Assembly: GCF_018977255.1 (NCBI RefSeq)
Contig: NW_024704743.1
Span: 83,888,001 to 83,952,000 of the forward strand
Direction of reading: 5' to 3'
From: Callorhinchus milii
Lineage: Eukaryota
DNA: 64,000 nucleotides
Made by a program: the position numbers and the translations under genes. This document shows positions 13,458 through 25,346 of this stretch, in pieces. Positions within the stretch are counted from its first letter, which is position 1. The number at the start of each line of letters is the position of its first letter. Under the pieces are notes generated by a model. It did not search any database. It had not been told where the DNA came from and saw nothing but the letters and a program-made list of their open reading frames with translations.

Positions 13458-14065
13458 GTTGTGTCAGCCTGCTCCATTGGTAATCTGAGGCAGAAGGTTG
13501 TGGATTCAAGCCCCATATTGGGACGTGGAATCACATAGTCTAATTTATGCTCCAAGGCAGTGCTGTGCATGTATTGCATTGTTGGAGGTGCTGTCGTTTG
13601 GATTAGATGTTAAACTGAGGTCCTGTCTGCCTGTTCAGGTGGAAGTTAAGATCCCATGGCACCATTTGAAAAGAAAAGAGAGTTTCTCTCAGGGTCCTGG
13701 CCTACAATTCTCCAACTAAAATTGGTCATGGCTGCTTGTGGGACATTGCTGTCAAGTTTCACCCTCAAAATACATAGCCAAATCAATTTAGAATATAAAA
13801 AAAACGCAAAATACTGCAAATGCTGGAAATCTGAAACAAAAACAGAGTTTGCTGGGAACACTCAGCAGGTGTCAGAGTTCTGACGAAGGGTCATGGACAT
13901 GAAACGTTGACCCACTTTCCTTTCTCCATAGATGCTGCCTGATCTGTTGAGTGTTCCCAGAGATCTCTGTTTTTGTTTCACTTTAGAGTATATCCTGTGA
14001 AGAGCTTTGTGATGCCTTAGCGACGTGATAAGGCACTATATCAAATGCAAGGATTTTTATTATTT
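13458..14065 (+). mobile_element. Old Deu-domain SINE interrupted by a Penelope-like insertion
   Basis: Head GTGTCAGCCTG..., Deu core, and tail resuming near 13981. Confidence 0.85.
13798..13980. mobile_element. Penelope-like inverted terminal-repeat relic with a degenerate hammerhead motif (13875-13913, +)
   Basis: About 36-bp inverted arms (13832-13868 and 13945-13980); CTGACGA-AGGGTCATGGACAT-GAAAC-GTT; 15-bp target duplication with 2 mismatches. Confidence 0.75.
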
Positions 14066-14749
14066 GTTATTACCTCACATTTATCAGTACATCCCTCTTC
14101 AGAATCAAGCAGTCTGTGCTTAATTCAGTTAATTTGAATACTATTGAAGAAAATATTGATATATTGAAGACAAGACATTTGTTGTAAGTATTACATGGAA
14201 ACGAAATGTTCTGGAGCTGATTTATTGCAATACTGTTGAACTTAATTACATTTTTAGTAGAGAAAGGCTGTTATAAAGTAGATAAATAAATTTTAATCGG
14301 TAACTTGCTGGCAGTTTTCTTTTTGTCTGCGTTTAATTAACATTGTAATTGATTTGTGTGTTAATTTTGTAACAACATTTAAATTTTCCTTTTTAAGTTC
14401 TGATGGCGATTAAGTAACATCCCTTATGTGTTTCTGTGGAGTTTCAAGTATAAATCATGAGAGAAACAGTAATGAAATGCACAGGTGGTATCAGGAGCAA
14501 TTGGAATCACTTTGCTTCAGTGCAGTGTAATCAGAGACAGTGTAATCAGAACAATGTGAATCGATTTGGGCTCCCCAAGGACTTTTGAAAGCTCTCGCAT
14601 AACCTAATGGATCAGCTATTTAAGATCATTTTCAGAGTTCTGTGATTGCGCTCAGGTGTGCAATTATTATTATGATTATTATCAATAATATTTCTTACAT
14701 TTGATATTGCATACATTTCTGATCGCTGCGATATCAAGGGCTATTCAGG

Positions 14750-15260
14750 CCTTAGAGGCAGTGCCGAGGAGAGTAATGAGGATGATTCCCAGTGTTAGAG
14801 AGTTAAGCAATGAACAACGAGTAGACAAATTAGGTTTTTCAGTCTTGAAAAGAGATGACTGAGATGTGATGTTTTAAGGTATACGAGTTTTAGATGTATC
14901 AAGAGTAGAACAAGCAGATACAACTTTAGGGATGCAATGGGCAATTTTGCAATGTCTGTAAATTCAAAATACAGTTTAGATTCACTCGTTCCTTTATTTG
15001 AACCTTACATTTCCACTCTCTTCCACAATCTGCCCAGTCACGTTCCCAGAATCCTTTTATACTTATTTACTTCTCATTGTCAATGTCCAATTGCCAATTA
15101 AGTCATTAAAGCAATATACTTTAAAAAAACAAATTTCAGGACATGGAAGTTTTTCTTTTATCAGAGCATAATTAATGACTTGGATAGTTACCAGAACCAA
15201 GATGTTGGACTGATTTAAGGAACAGCTTGATACTATAATGGGAGGATGGTTCAGAGAATG
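14750..15260 (+). mobile_element. Highly decayed CR1 3' fragment split by an LTR-like insertion
   Basis: Remnants resembling RMIP...LGFFSLEKR.LR before 14945 and RKFFF..R....W after 15125. Confidence 0.6.
14945..15122 (-). mobile_element. About 180-bp solo-LTR-like element, copy 1
   Basis: Closely matches 61264-61442. On the minus strand TATAAAA (15055-15061) precedes AATAAA (14993-14998). Confidence 0.55.
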
Positions 15261-15424
15261 AGCTCACTTCTAAAACATTTCTGTTCTTTATTTATAGAGG
15301 TTATTCCAAGGATTGGTGCCTGTGCTCTGTTCTCATAGGTTAAACTTCTACTTTATAAATGTACCTATAGCTTCAAGTTTTATGCCTATCTTATCATTTT
15401 GCTTATTTGAAATGCTTTCTTTAG

Positions 15425-15484
15425 GAAGTCTGTGCCTTGAAACAGTGTCTGGCAAATTAGGCAACAGCACTGTTCACACTGCAG
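15425..15484 (+). CDS. Candidate 60-nt symmetric phase-1 exon ((G)SLCLETVSGKLGNSTVHTA), gene unknown
   Basis: tgctttctttag|GAAGTC...ACTGCAG|gtaaga; only the phase-1 frame is open, compatible with 4143-4173. Confidence 0.35.
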
Positions 15485-17224
15485 GTAAGAGAATCAAAGC
15501 AGTTCACAAAGAACAAAAAAGTGTTCATATTTATCCTTGTATTAAATTCTCAATTTAGCTTGTTTCAAATTTTGGACAACTATGAACAGTGTGCTTTTAT
15601 TCAGCACATTTATTTTAGAATAATAATCTTTGCATTTGATATAACACCTTATATATTTAAAATGTCTCAAAGCACTTCACAGGACTTGCTGTATAATGTG
15701 TAAAATAAGGTAGTGTTTTGTAGGCAAATGCACAGTAGCCAATTTGCACACAACAATATCCCACAAATAGCCAGGACACTGGGAGAAACCCCTTTCCTTT
15801 TTTCAAATCTTTTATGGACACCTTAACAGGCAGGCATGACTTCATTTTAACGTCTCATCTGAACAAGCTGATAATGTAGTAGAGATAAGTGAGATGGAAT
15901 AATGGGTTTCCCCGCTGAAAGCCTGTATTGTTGAGCTTCCATGAGGCTGTACACTTATTCACTTAAAATGCTAACTAAGCATCCCTGATTTCTTCCACAT
16001 GCATTGCAGTCAGCTTCTGAGTGGAACTATTGAACAGAGTGTTGGAAAGTCTACCTCCAGCAAACCCACAGAATTATTGATGTGTAAAATCTTCTCAGCT
16101 ATCATATTTCCATGCATGTACTATTTTTCAGTATAGGTATAAATGAACACAACATAGATGACAATTTGCATGCCATAATTGTATCCTCTCTGCAAGGTTA
16201 AACTTATGACACATAACTTTATTACAGCCCTTATCCAAAATTCTTGTCTGAAACTTGAAAAGGGTTTCCTCAAACAGTTTTGTTACAATAATGATTTTGC
16301 TTCCTTTTCTTTATATCACCTTTACTTGACATATGTTGATGTGACAACCAACAAATCATCATGCCAATCACACCAGGCACATTATTGGAATTACTTTGTC
16401 AGCATGAATCACAAAATGGTATGTTATATTATCACTCAGGGGAGGGTTGAAATCACACCAATGAGTTGATCACAGTACTTCGAAATGAAATTTCCAGCAG
16501 ATCACTCTTGAGTTGGTTCATTGCTTTGACATTTTTAATAACGATAGTAGCAGCCCCTATCTAAGTTGTAAATTGCTTTATTCCAACCGAAATGGCATTG
16601 ACTTTGAAGCTGCTTGAGTCAGTAAATTTACAGGAAATGGCATTTATAGTTACCCCCTTGGAAAATGATGAGGGGTCCTTCAAGGTAAAAATGAGCAGGA
16701 AGGAAGTAAATAATTGAAGAAGTCCAAAGAACAAAACATTTTAAGCGAAGAGCTGTTAAGAATAGATAATAAAGAGTCACTGAAGTGGTGGGAAATTCGT
16801 CTGAGTTTATGGAATAAACTTAGTCAACAATGACATGCTTATTGGCTCTTGGTGCGACACAGATGAGATATCTTATATTAGTCAGAATCCCAATGCTTGG
16901 GTCGTTTATGAGTTAACTAGCAAACAGCTGAGCTCCTCTAGCTGGCACAAGAATATTACATCAAAGATTGATATAGTTGCATCCAGGATTTAATTTGTTT
17001 CTTTATATCTTAATAAGCCATGTGTCTGACACGCATGGAATCTATCTTCATGCTTAAGACTATCCAAACTGAGATTTGCACAGGTGCACGGAAATCTCTG
17101 TTTGTCTGGACTGGAATGCGCACACTCTCTCCGGAAGGATGTACCTTGTTTACCCAATCTGGCACAGAGAGAATGAATCACAGGTTGGCAATCTAGCACT
17201 CAACAATGATAAGTAGATACAGAT

Positions 17225-17850
17225 ATCAATAAAGATTGGACAGGTTGGAGCTTTTCTCTCTAGAGTTCAGATAATTGAGCGAGGACCTGGTAGAGGTACA
17301 GTATTCAAGATTATGAAAGAATTCAATAAAGTGGGTTTTCATAATCTGTTTCTTCTTGTTGATGATTCTATGCACTCCGAGATGCCATCCAGCGTGGAGG
17401 GTGCTATATAAATGCAAGTTGTTGTTGTTGTAAAGAAGGCGGCCTAATTATAAGATAAGAAGAAGCAAATTGATAGGGAGTTTAGGATAAACCTTTTCAT
17501 GTAGAAGGTGGTGAGAATGTGGAACTCATTGCAGATGCTGTGGTTGAAGCAAAAAGCATCAATGCACTTAAACGAAAAACTTTGTTACAGAATCTTTTCA
17601 CATTGAAGAATGTCTCTTCACAGGCTTTACTGTGAAGTGTAGTGACTGTGTTTTGCAGGCAAGGGTTTCACAGGATATACTGTGGAATGCAGCCTTGTGT
17701 ATTTTGTAGGCAAAACATCCATGAGGGAGAAAGGAACAGAGGTATAGGTGAGAGGAATAGGAGAGATGGTGCCTTGTGTATAATAGAAACACTTACACAG
17801 ACTAGTTAGACTGAATGTTTCCATACCATATCAATTTACGTAATTCTATG
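17225..17850 (+). mobile_element. Decayed CR1 3' fragment with nested L2 and SINE tails
   Basis: Remnants like LDRLELFSLE...V.MWNSL, interrupted near 17380-17430 and 17600-17720. Confidence 0.65.
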
Positions 17851-18186
17851 TCAAATTTAGCGTTATTGATAAAAATAGCTTTGGAGCCAGTCTTTGGCTA
17901 TTGCAAGCCCAAATTTTCAGATTTGACTTGAACTTCCAAAACCCATGAGGTAGAGAGAGTAAAGTGCATGAAACGAAAGAAATATAGATTAGGTTAGAAC
18001 ACAAAATCTTAAAGTTAAAATAATTAAGTCGGGAAACAGAGAATGGCGAAGAAAGAATGACATATACAATAAAATAGCAAGAAACTTAAATGTTTAAATA
18101 TTTGTATTTTTATTTAAATTATTTAAAAAAAAATTATGGTTAACATTGAAATTTGACTACTGCAGTTTAAAGCCCATCACCATCTT

Positions 18187-18617
18187 ATAATAATATTCCT
18201 TACATTTGATTTAGTACCTTATCACATTGTAGAGATGCCTCAAAACACTTTACAGGCTCTTCTGGGAAGTGTAGTGACTGTATTTTGTAGACAAACACTG
18301 CAGCCAATTTGCACAAAACAATGCCCCACAAACAGCCATTAAGTGAATGACCAGTTTTATTTGGGGGATTGTTGGACACAACACCAGGAGAAACTCCATT
18401 TTTTTAAATTGTGGCTTTGGATCTTTAATGTCCATCTGAACAGGTAGGTTGGACCTTGGCTTAATGTCTCATCCGAAATACATCACCTCCAACTGTACAG
18501 CACACCCTAGCACTCATTGCAGTGTCAGCCTAGGCCGTGGGTTCAATAATGAAGAGCTTGAACCCACAACCTTCTGACTCAGGGGTGAGAGAACTATCAA
18601 CTGAGCCAGGCTGACAT
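18187..18617 (-). mobile_element. Old Deu-domain SINE, near full length
   Basis: tRNA-like head (reverse complement GTCAGCCTGGCTCAGTTGATAG), Deu core and tail. Confidence 0.9.
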
Positions 18618-20037
18618 TTATTTTCAAGTAACCAGAAATGGGCATTAAGCAATGCTCACTTTCCGTGGTCAGTTTAAAAACAAGTGTTTATTTAAGTTTC
18701 ACAGTGTATGAACTGAATACAATAAAAGTTTGACCAGGGAACATAACATTTAAACTGCCAGTAGTTTAAAGCTAAAGTACTTGAGTACTTGAATAACATA
18801 AAATGCAACCAGATGAAACATCAGAAACATTTAGAGGAGACATTAAGTCCTCTGAGATGCCATCTAACAAGTTGTTGTTAGAGAAGTGCTGAAGAAGTGG
18901 GAAGCTTGATGGATGTAGGGCTAATTTTATACTTCTAACGGGAACATTTTAGAACCTATTATAAAGTAGCAGTTTTTAAAAAAATCCAAGACGATTAAGG
19001 CCATCAATCCAACCCAATTGATATAAGATAGGTAATTCCTTAAACAATCTACCAGAAATTTTGTAAAATATGTTTGTCTCCTGAATTCCCGAAAATATTT
19101 GATAAGACTCCCTGAAAAGGACATGATCCACAGTTCTAATAATAATAATAATCCTTGCATTTGACATAGTGCCTTATCACGTCTTCGAGCCGTCTCAAAG
19201 CACTTCACAGAATATATTGTCAAGCAAATTGACTGTATATTTTGTGGGCAAAATGCCTAAAAAATGTTACAAACTGGAAAACAAATTGGCCTGATGAGAG
19301 GAAATCGTTCTCGTTTTAATGGGCAGCTGTGACCAGCAGATTCCATCAGAATCAGTCGTGAAACTCCTGCTATTCCTAATATTTACAACAACAACAAAAT
19401 TACATTTATAGAGCACCTTTCATGTCGGGAGGACGTCCCAAAGCGCTGAATTTAATTACAATCTTGATCAGAGTATTGTAACTAGAATTCAATGGGTTGA
19501 ACAACCTTCCTCATTCTGCCTTTTCTGCCTTCACCCTTCGCTAGGGTACAAATTCTGGGAGGATGAGATCAAATGGGTCGATTACTTGTTGATCTTGGCT
19601 TACATTCTCTCTGTGTCCAAATTCATCCCTAAAATTCTAACTAATCAGTAACATCTTACGGTTCAGGGTAGGACATCACTGATGGAAATTGACCAACCGA
19701 TTTGTCTCCATAGCAACATTCACTTCATTTCCAATTCATTTCATTCTTTTGTTTCTTTTACATGAAAGAGGCTATATAATGAAACTGGTACATGGAGTGC
19801 CTTAGTTACTTGCTAAGTAGTTTATCTATTTTTATTCTCCCGATTGACTCTCCAACCTCTTTTCCTAAACATGTTAATTCACATTATTCTAAAGTTATAG
19901 TGTTCGATAATCTGGTACCTCACTCAACTGTCTCTTCTTTGTATGTGATACTATATACAGTGAGGCTTATCAGGTTATTTGATAAATAGGTGACACCTCT
20001 GTAGACCCCTATTTCCAGCAGAAGTTAATAAGAAATG

Positions 20038-20390
20038 AATAACAACAACAATAAAATTACATTTGTATAGCGCCTTTCACATCGGGAGGACGTCCCAAGG
20101 CGCTGGACAGACAGAGTTACGGACACGAGCTGGAGGTCGGGGTGGGGGAGGGTGGAGGGCAAGGGGGGGAAGCAGGGAGATCGTAGGCACGGTCAAAGAG
20201 GAGGTCCTTGAGATGGGTCTTGAAGATGGCAAGGGAGGGGGCGAGATGGAAGGACTGCAGGATGGAGTTCCAGAGGGTGCGGGCAGAGTGGCGGAAGGCC
20301 CGACCGCCAATAGTGGGGTGAGCAAGGCAGGGGACGTGAAGCAGGCCGGAGCCCACTGGGTGAAGGGAGCGAGCAGGATGGTAGGGGGTT
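20038..20390 (-). mobile_element. L2 3' fragment
   Basis: [19 protein letters not shown]...LWNSI...LFDRAY; (TTG)n tail. Confidence 0.9.
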
Positions 20391-21512
20391 AGGATAAAGA
20401 ATAAGAGGGAAATCCAAACCTTATTATTTCCCTCACTAGCTCAGGTTGTGAGGCCAATTGCACTATGACTATAGGTGTTGTGAATGGGATCAGATAACTC
20501 AACACAGGCCAAGGATTGAACTTTGATCTTTTAAGATTCCAAATCATTATGATTTGATTTTACTCTTGATATTGGTTATGCTGAATAAAACATTCATGAA
20601 TCTCATATAATCTCGTCTTGTTATGTGCCTTCTTTGCTTGATTGTTTGTAAAGCAGTAGACTCCATATGCTACGTGGGAGGATTGATCAGCTCTTAATGT
20701 ACAAATGCCATTTGGCTTGAGGGTGAAGATTTATACCATGCCTTGGTACAGATTTATAGAGAAATCATTTTCCTAGGAAACCAGTTTGGAATTAATATTT
20801 ACCAACCAAACAGATTCTGCCAACCTTTTTGGTTGTTTGAACAATGATAAAGACAGATTGTAACTTGATTCAGGATTGTCTACAATTGGAACTGGCTCTG
20901 TTTGTAAACCTTTTGGAGAACTTGAGGCATTCTGTAAAATGATAATGTTTTATAGAAATCAGCATTGTATAAAAATATTACACGATAATTGTCATCATAA
21001 TGTGGCATCATAATTACATGCTCCGTGATGCTCCCCCGCATAAAGGGTGCTATATAAATGTCAGTTGTTGTTGTAAAGGGCATCTATCTGTCCCAGCTTA
21101 TTTTTCAAATTGTCAGTACAAAACATCACAGAATGATGAGCCAATTCAATGTCCAGATGTGAGAGACAATGTATTTCTCAATGATAGTAGTGGGATGTCC
21201 AACTGTTGAATGCGTGGCACATCCACAGATAAGAGAAATAGACCAGTTCTAAAGGGCACTGTTGTCTTGAGAGATTATTGAAAAGGAGAGCGACTGGAAG
21301 ATTTAAATATTACAGGGCAACCCTGTTATAATGTCCCTCATTTAGCACATTTTAGCATGCTGGTGTCTTGTGGACTCATGCTAACCGGAAGTATACCCTG
21401 CTTCAGTGCTTACTAATTAACTAACTAAATTCCAGCACAATCTAGATGACTTCCCAGGCTACAAAATGGCCAACTTTTGGGTTGTTAGGTTGCCACTGAT
21501 GTTCATGTATGC

Positions 21513-21720
21513 CAGGGTGGTCCAACTGGTGGCCTGCAGGCCAATTTCACCAGGTCCCCCCTACCCCCATTTCATCTGGTCCACCCGCTCCCTCCATATC
21601 TTGTAAATCTTATGTTATGTTTCTGGAAGGGAAACACAAACATATTGCGTATGCGGCTCACGGACGTTTCGCAAATATGGCATCTGGCCCTCAGCAGCCG
21701 AAACATGTTGGACCACCCTG
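21513..21720. mobile_element. Non-autonomous hAT-type DNA transposon (MITE)
   Basis: Perfect 14-bp terminal inverted repeats CAGGGTGGTCCAAC / GTTGGACCACCCTG; 208 bp long. Confidence 0.85.
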
Positions 21721-23036
21721 AATTGTCTGCTGACATCACTTTCTGAGCACTGAATATATGTATTATACACAGAAAGAGCCATTGAAGTCACTTTGCAAAG
21801 GAAATATGCTCATAGTGTGCATTTGACTAACTCAGAAGTTGGCTATTTTTTGCGCTTTGCTTATAAGGTGGCCTCTGAGATATTGGATGTAGAACTAACT
21901 GTGTTAGAACTGGATGGCATTTGACCTCTGCTGCTGTCAATCTGAGATCAGACAACTCAGGCCACTCTGGCAATTGACTCTGGCACTCATCGTCACTCAT
22001 TTTTACACTCTGCAGTAGCCTCACAAGCGACTATTCTGGGCGAAGAGCTGAATGTTTTTCACGTCTAGTTTATTATATTGCTCTTCATTGATTTTTTTCT
22101 GCATCATGACAAAATAAATCAAAAACTCTTATATTCTCGTCTTATTCTATCCAAATTGTAACCCAATACAATACTCTGGATAGCTGTACTGATGCTGGAT
22201 CCAATTTCATACGGCAAAGATGTAGTCACACAGCAATGTTTTATATAACATTTGTTCTGACCTGAACACAGACAAACAGCTTGCAATGTAGAGAAAAATA
22301 ATCAATTCTCTACACAACAGGGATAGAACCATTATTATGTTGTTTTTCCTCTGGATGGTAAAAAGCTAGGATTTCATAGGATGCTCCACTTTCAGTTTGC
22401 AGCACAGATATGGCATTGCATGCTGTCTGAATTAGAGTTTGGTGCCACTGGCAGAAAGAAAGGAAAGACATTAACAGACAACATAGCTAAATTACAAGAA
22501 TGTAGGAATGCAGAGGACTGTCAAAAGACATTGTAGTCATTCTGATCAGACTCAAAACAAACAATGTAATAATAAATAATCAAATAAATAATCAAATAAT
22601 AAATAATATTAAATCATCAAATAATCCTACACTGCTTATACTCCCTCACCTGATTTCCTTTTGCTAAATAGCTGTGTTTATTACCTCTTGAAATTGTGAC
22701 ATAATCTCTTCTTCCATAGTCTCTAAATTATAGCAATTTCGGCACAGAAGGATGCAATTTGTCCAACTTGCCTGTTCCATGTCAGGTCCCCACTGCCATT
22801 CATGCATTACGCAACTATATAGAATCATAAAATTCCCATAAAGAACCACAAGATCATAAGAAAGGTTCAGATGAAGAAGGCACTTTGACTCATTTGATCT
22901 CATGCTTTCAAGAATCATAGAAAATTGCGTCAGATAGTTCCATTCCAATTCAGTACAATAAAATAATAATCCTTGCATTTGATATAACGTATTTCACGCC
23001 AGGAGGACATCTCAAAGCACTTAACAGTTCAAAGGA

Positions 23037-23367
23037 TATGTGCTTGGCTGAGGAGCAAATGGTGCAAAGCTACTGTCTGTGGGATTATGACTGAACACCT
23101 CGAAATCAGAATCCCCCTAAACATGAGATACCCTAGGGCCTTGATGCTATGGTTGGCCTCGAATAGCTGGCCATTCGTTGCGGGGTCGGAGTGTGGACCG
23201 AAGGATGCCGTCCCTCCCCTGCCATCGGATCTCATGTTCATGGGGAACCTGGTGCTAAATCACTTGAATACAACCTGATTCTGTGTCAGGGTTTTAATGT
23301 AGTAGGGCATCTAGCTCATTGTGATCTATTGAAAGTCAGCCTTTGAGCCAACCTTTTGTAAAAAAAA
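23037..23367 (+). pseudogene. Processed 28S rRNA 3'-end pseudogene with an A8 tail
   Basis: TATGTGCTTGGCTGAGGAGC, TCTGTGGGATTATGACTGAAC, GGGGAACCTGG.GCTAAA and GATCTATTGAAAGTCAGCC are conserved vertebrate 28S 3'-terminal blocks in the correct order. The match ends at TTTGT, then A8. Confidence 0.92.
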
Positions 23368-24085
23368 GGCAAGTAGGCAAATAATTGATAGGCAGGAATA
23401 TTGAGGATTATGGGGAGAGGGCAGGGAGGTGGAATTGAGTTGCGGATTGGCCATGATCTTCAAAAGTGGTCCAACATTTCATCTGAAGGACTCCAGCAGT
23501 ACAGCATGATCCCCAGCATTACATTGGTGTCTCAGCCTAGATTATGTGAGTTTAAAGTCTGGTTGCAGGGCTTGAAATCGCAAGCTGCTGTGTCAGAGGC
23601 AAGAATGCTACCAACTTAGCCAGCCTGACACCTGACCTATGTCAGTATGTGCTTATAAGTGGAGAATAGATGGTTGCCACCAAAGCCTGGATACTTTGCT
23701 GACAAGTGGAGAATAACGTACTAATTGTTAGCATCAAGCCCTGCCATATCAGTATGATTTAGCTGTCAGGTGAAGTTTCCTCTCATCTGCCCAACAACAA
23801 TATCTTACTCATAATCTCAGAAAAATGTGCCTACTGCAGCAATGTGAAATCTTTTCAAGTCCATCTAGATTTACAGCAGGATTCAAAAAGCTCTACGTTT
23901 GGCAGTTCTCGTCATCTCCAACAGAGCCTCGTTACACTGATAATTGGTACTTGGCCAGCATTTGTGGATGTATCACTGGAGTCATGCAGGTTAGCTTTGG
24001 TCAGAGGGTAAACTTATCATTTGAAAGCAAACACTCAACATGCATCAACAATATATGAAACAGTAAAACAGAACACAAGTCTCAC

Positions 24086-24141
24086 CAGGAATATTAAATA
24101 CAACAGAGACAGTCAGAGGAGGGAGATCTGTTCTCGGATCC
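24086..24141 (-). CDS. Candidate 56-nt exon (DPRTDLPPLTVSVVFNIP)
   Basis: cttctgaatcag|GGATCC...TTCCTG|gtgaga; the acceptor is only moderate. Confidence 0.2.
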
Positions 24142-25314
24142 CTGATTCAGAAGTGATTGACCAAATATGAAGAAGTCAGGTGGGAATCTGGAGAACTGGA
24201 GAGCGTATGTTTCCTTATAAGATTGGAGTAACACATCATTTTATTGATAGAAAGAAATCCTTTACTACTTTGGTGAAGCATGTCATTGTGTAAGAACACT
24301 CCAATTCACAGATAGACTGCTGATTCTCGCTATATTGTATTATACAGAAATCTCCTGATGAATTCTCATTTCCTCTTGTGTGGTTAGATTGAAGCAGGCA
24401 AATATAAGTAACTTCAGTATGTAAAGAAAATCAATTGAAAATACACATCAATGTATTTTAACTCCAATTTACTTAAAAGATCCACAGGATCAGTGGCGCT
24501 TGTGTGTACAGTAGCTGACACTGATGGACCAGAGAACTTGCCAAGGCAAATTCAGATCAAATTCCATTCCAATAGCAAATAAGGAAAGACCAAAAGAACA
24601 TTTTTTATAAGTGATTTGCATTAAAAAAAATGTTTTGTAACAGTCTTTTAAAAAATACTTCACATTGCTGAATTTATCCAAGTCACTGTTTTCTGAATAT
24701 TGGAACATTTGAAAACAAATAAAATGGTGCTTTTATTTCTGTAATTGTTTTTGTTTCTCTCACTTTAGCAACCTTTTGATACAATTTTTTAAAATTTAAA
24801 ACAAAAGAGATGACTTTAAAACAAAACATGTGTGTTTTTAGGCTCTCTAAAGCTAATTTATTTGTTTCAAAAATGGAATGCTTACTTCAATGTCGAGAAA
24901 GAAATTCTCCGTCAGTTTTATTATCTGTCACCGATTTTATATGGAGTGACAAAGAGTTGCATAGAGTAAGCTGACATGGAAATAGGCCATTTAGCCCAAC
25001 TAGTGCATGCTGATCTTTATACTCCACATGTGCCTCCATCCCTCCTATTCCCACCCCCTTCTATTCTCTTCTCCCTCATCATTTTACTTTTGCTTCACTC
25101 TCTTTGTTCTTTCTTCCCCTGTTACTGGCCTCGAGTAAAGGCTGCCGTATAAGGAAATCTGAGCGTTTACACATATATATATATATACCAGCGTCGATGA
25201 GTTAATAATAATAATAACTAGTTGAGCTGATTAGCCTGTTTCTGTGCCATCTCACCCTATGCAACACTTTGTCACTCCATATAAAGATAAGATTTGATTT
25301 ATTTTCCTTGGCAG

Positions 25315-25346
25315 ATTTAATTTTGCGCAAAAATGTCTGCATATGA
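25315..25346 (+). CDS. Candidate terminal exon ((D)LILRKNVCI* in phase 1)
   Basis: Acceptor tttattttccttggcag followed by AT-rich, UTR-like sequence. Confidence 0.2.

Noticed and set aside
19268..19295. CTGATGA...GAAA hammerhead-like string
   Set aside because: No room for stem II and no stem I; it appears to lie in a decayed CR1 remnant.
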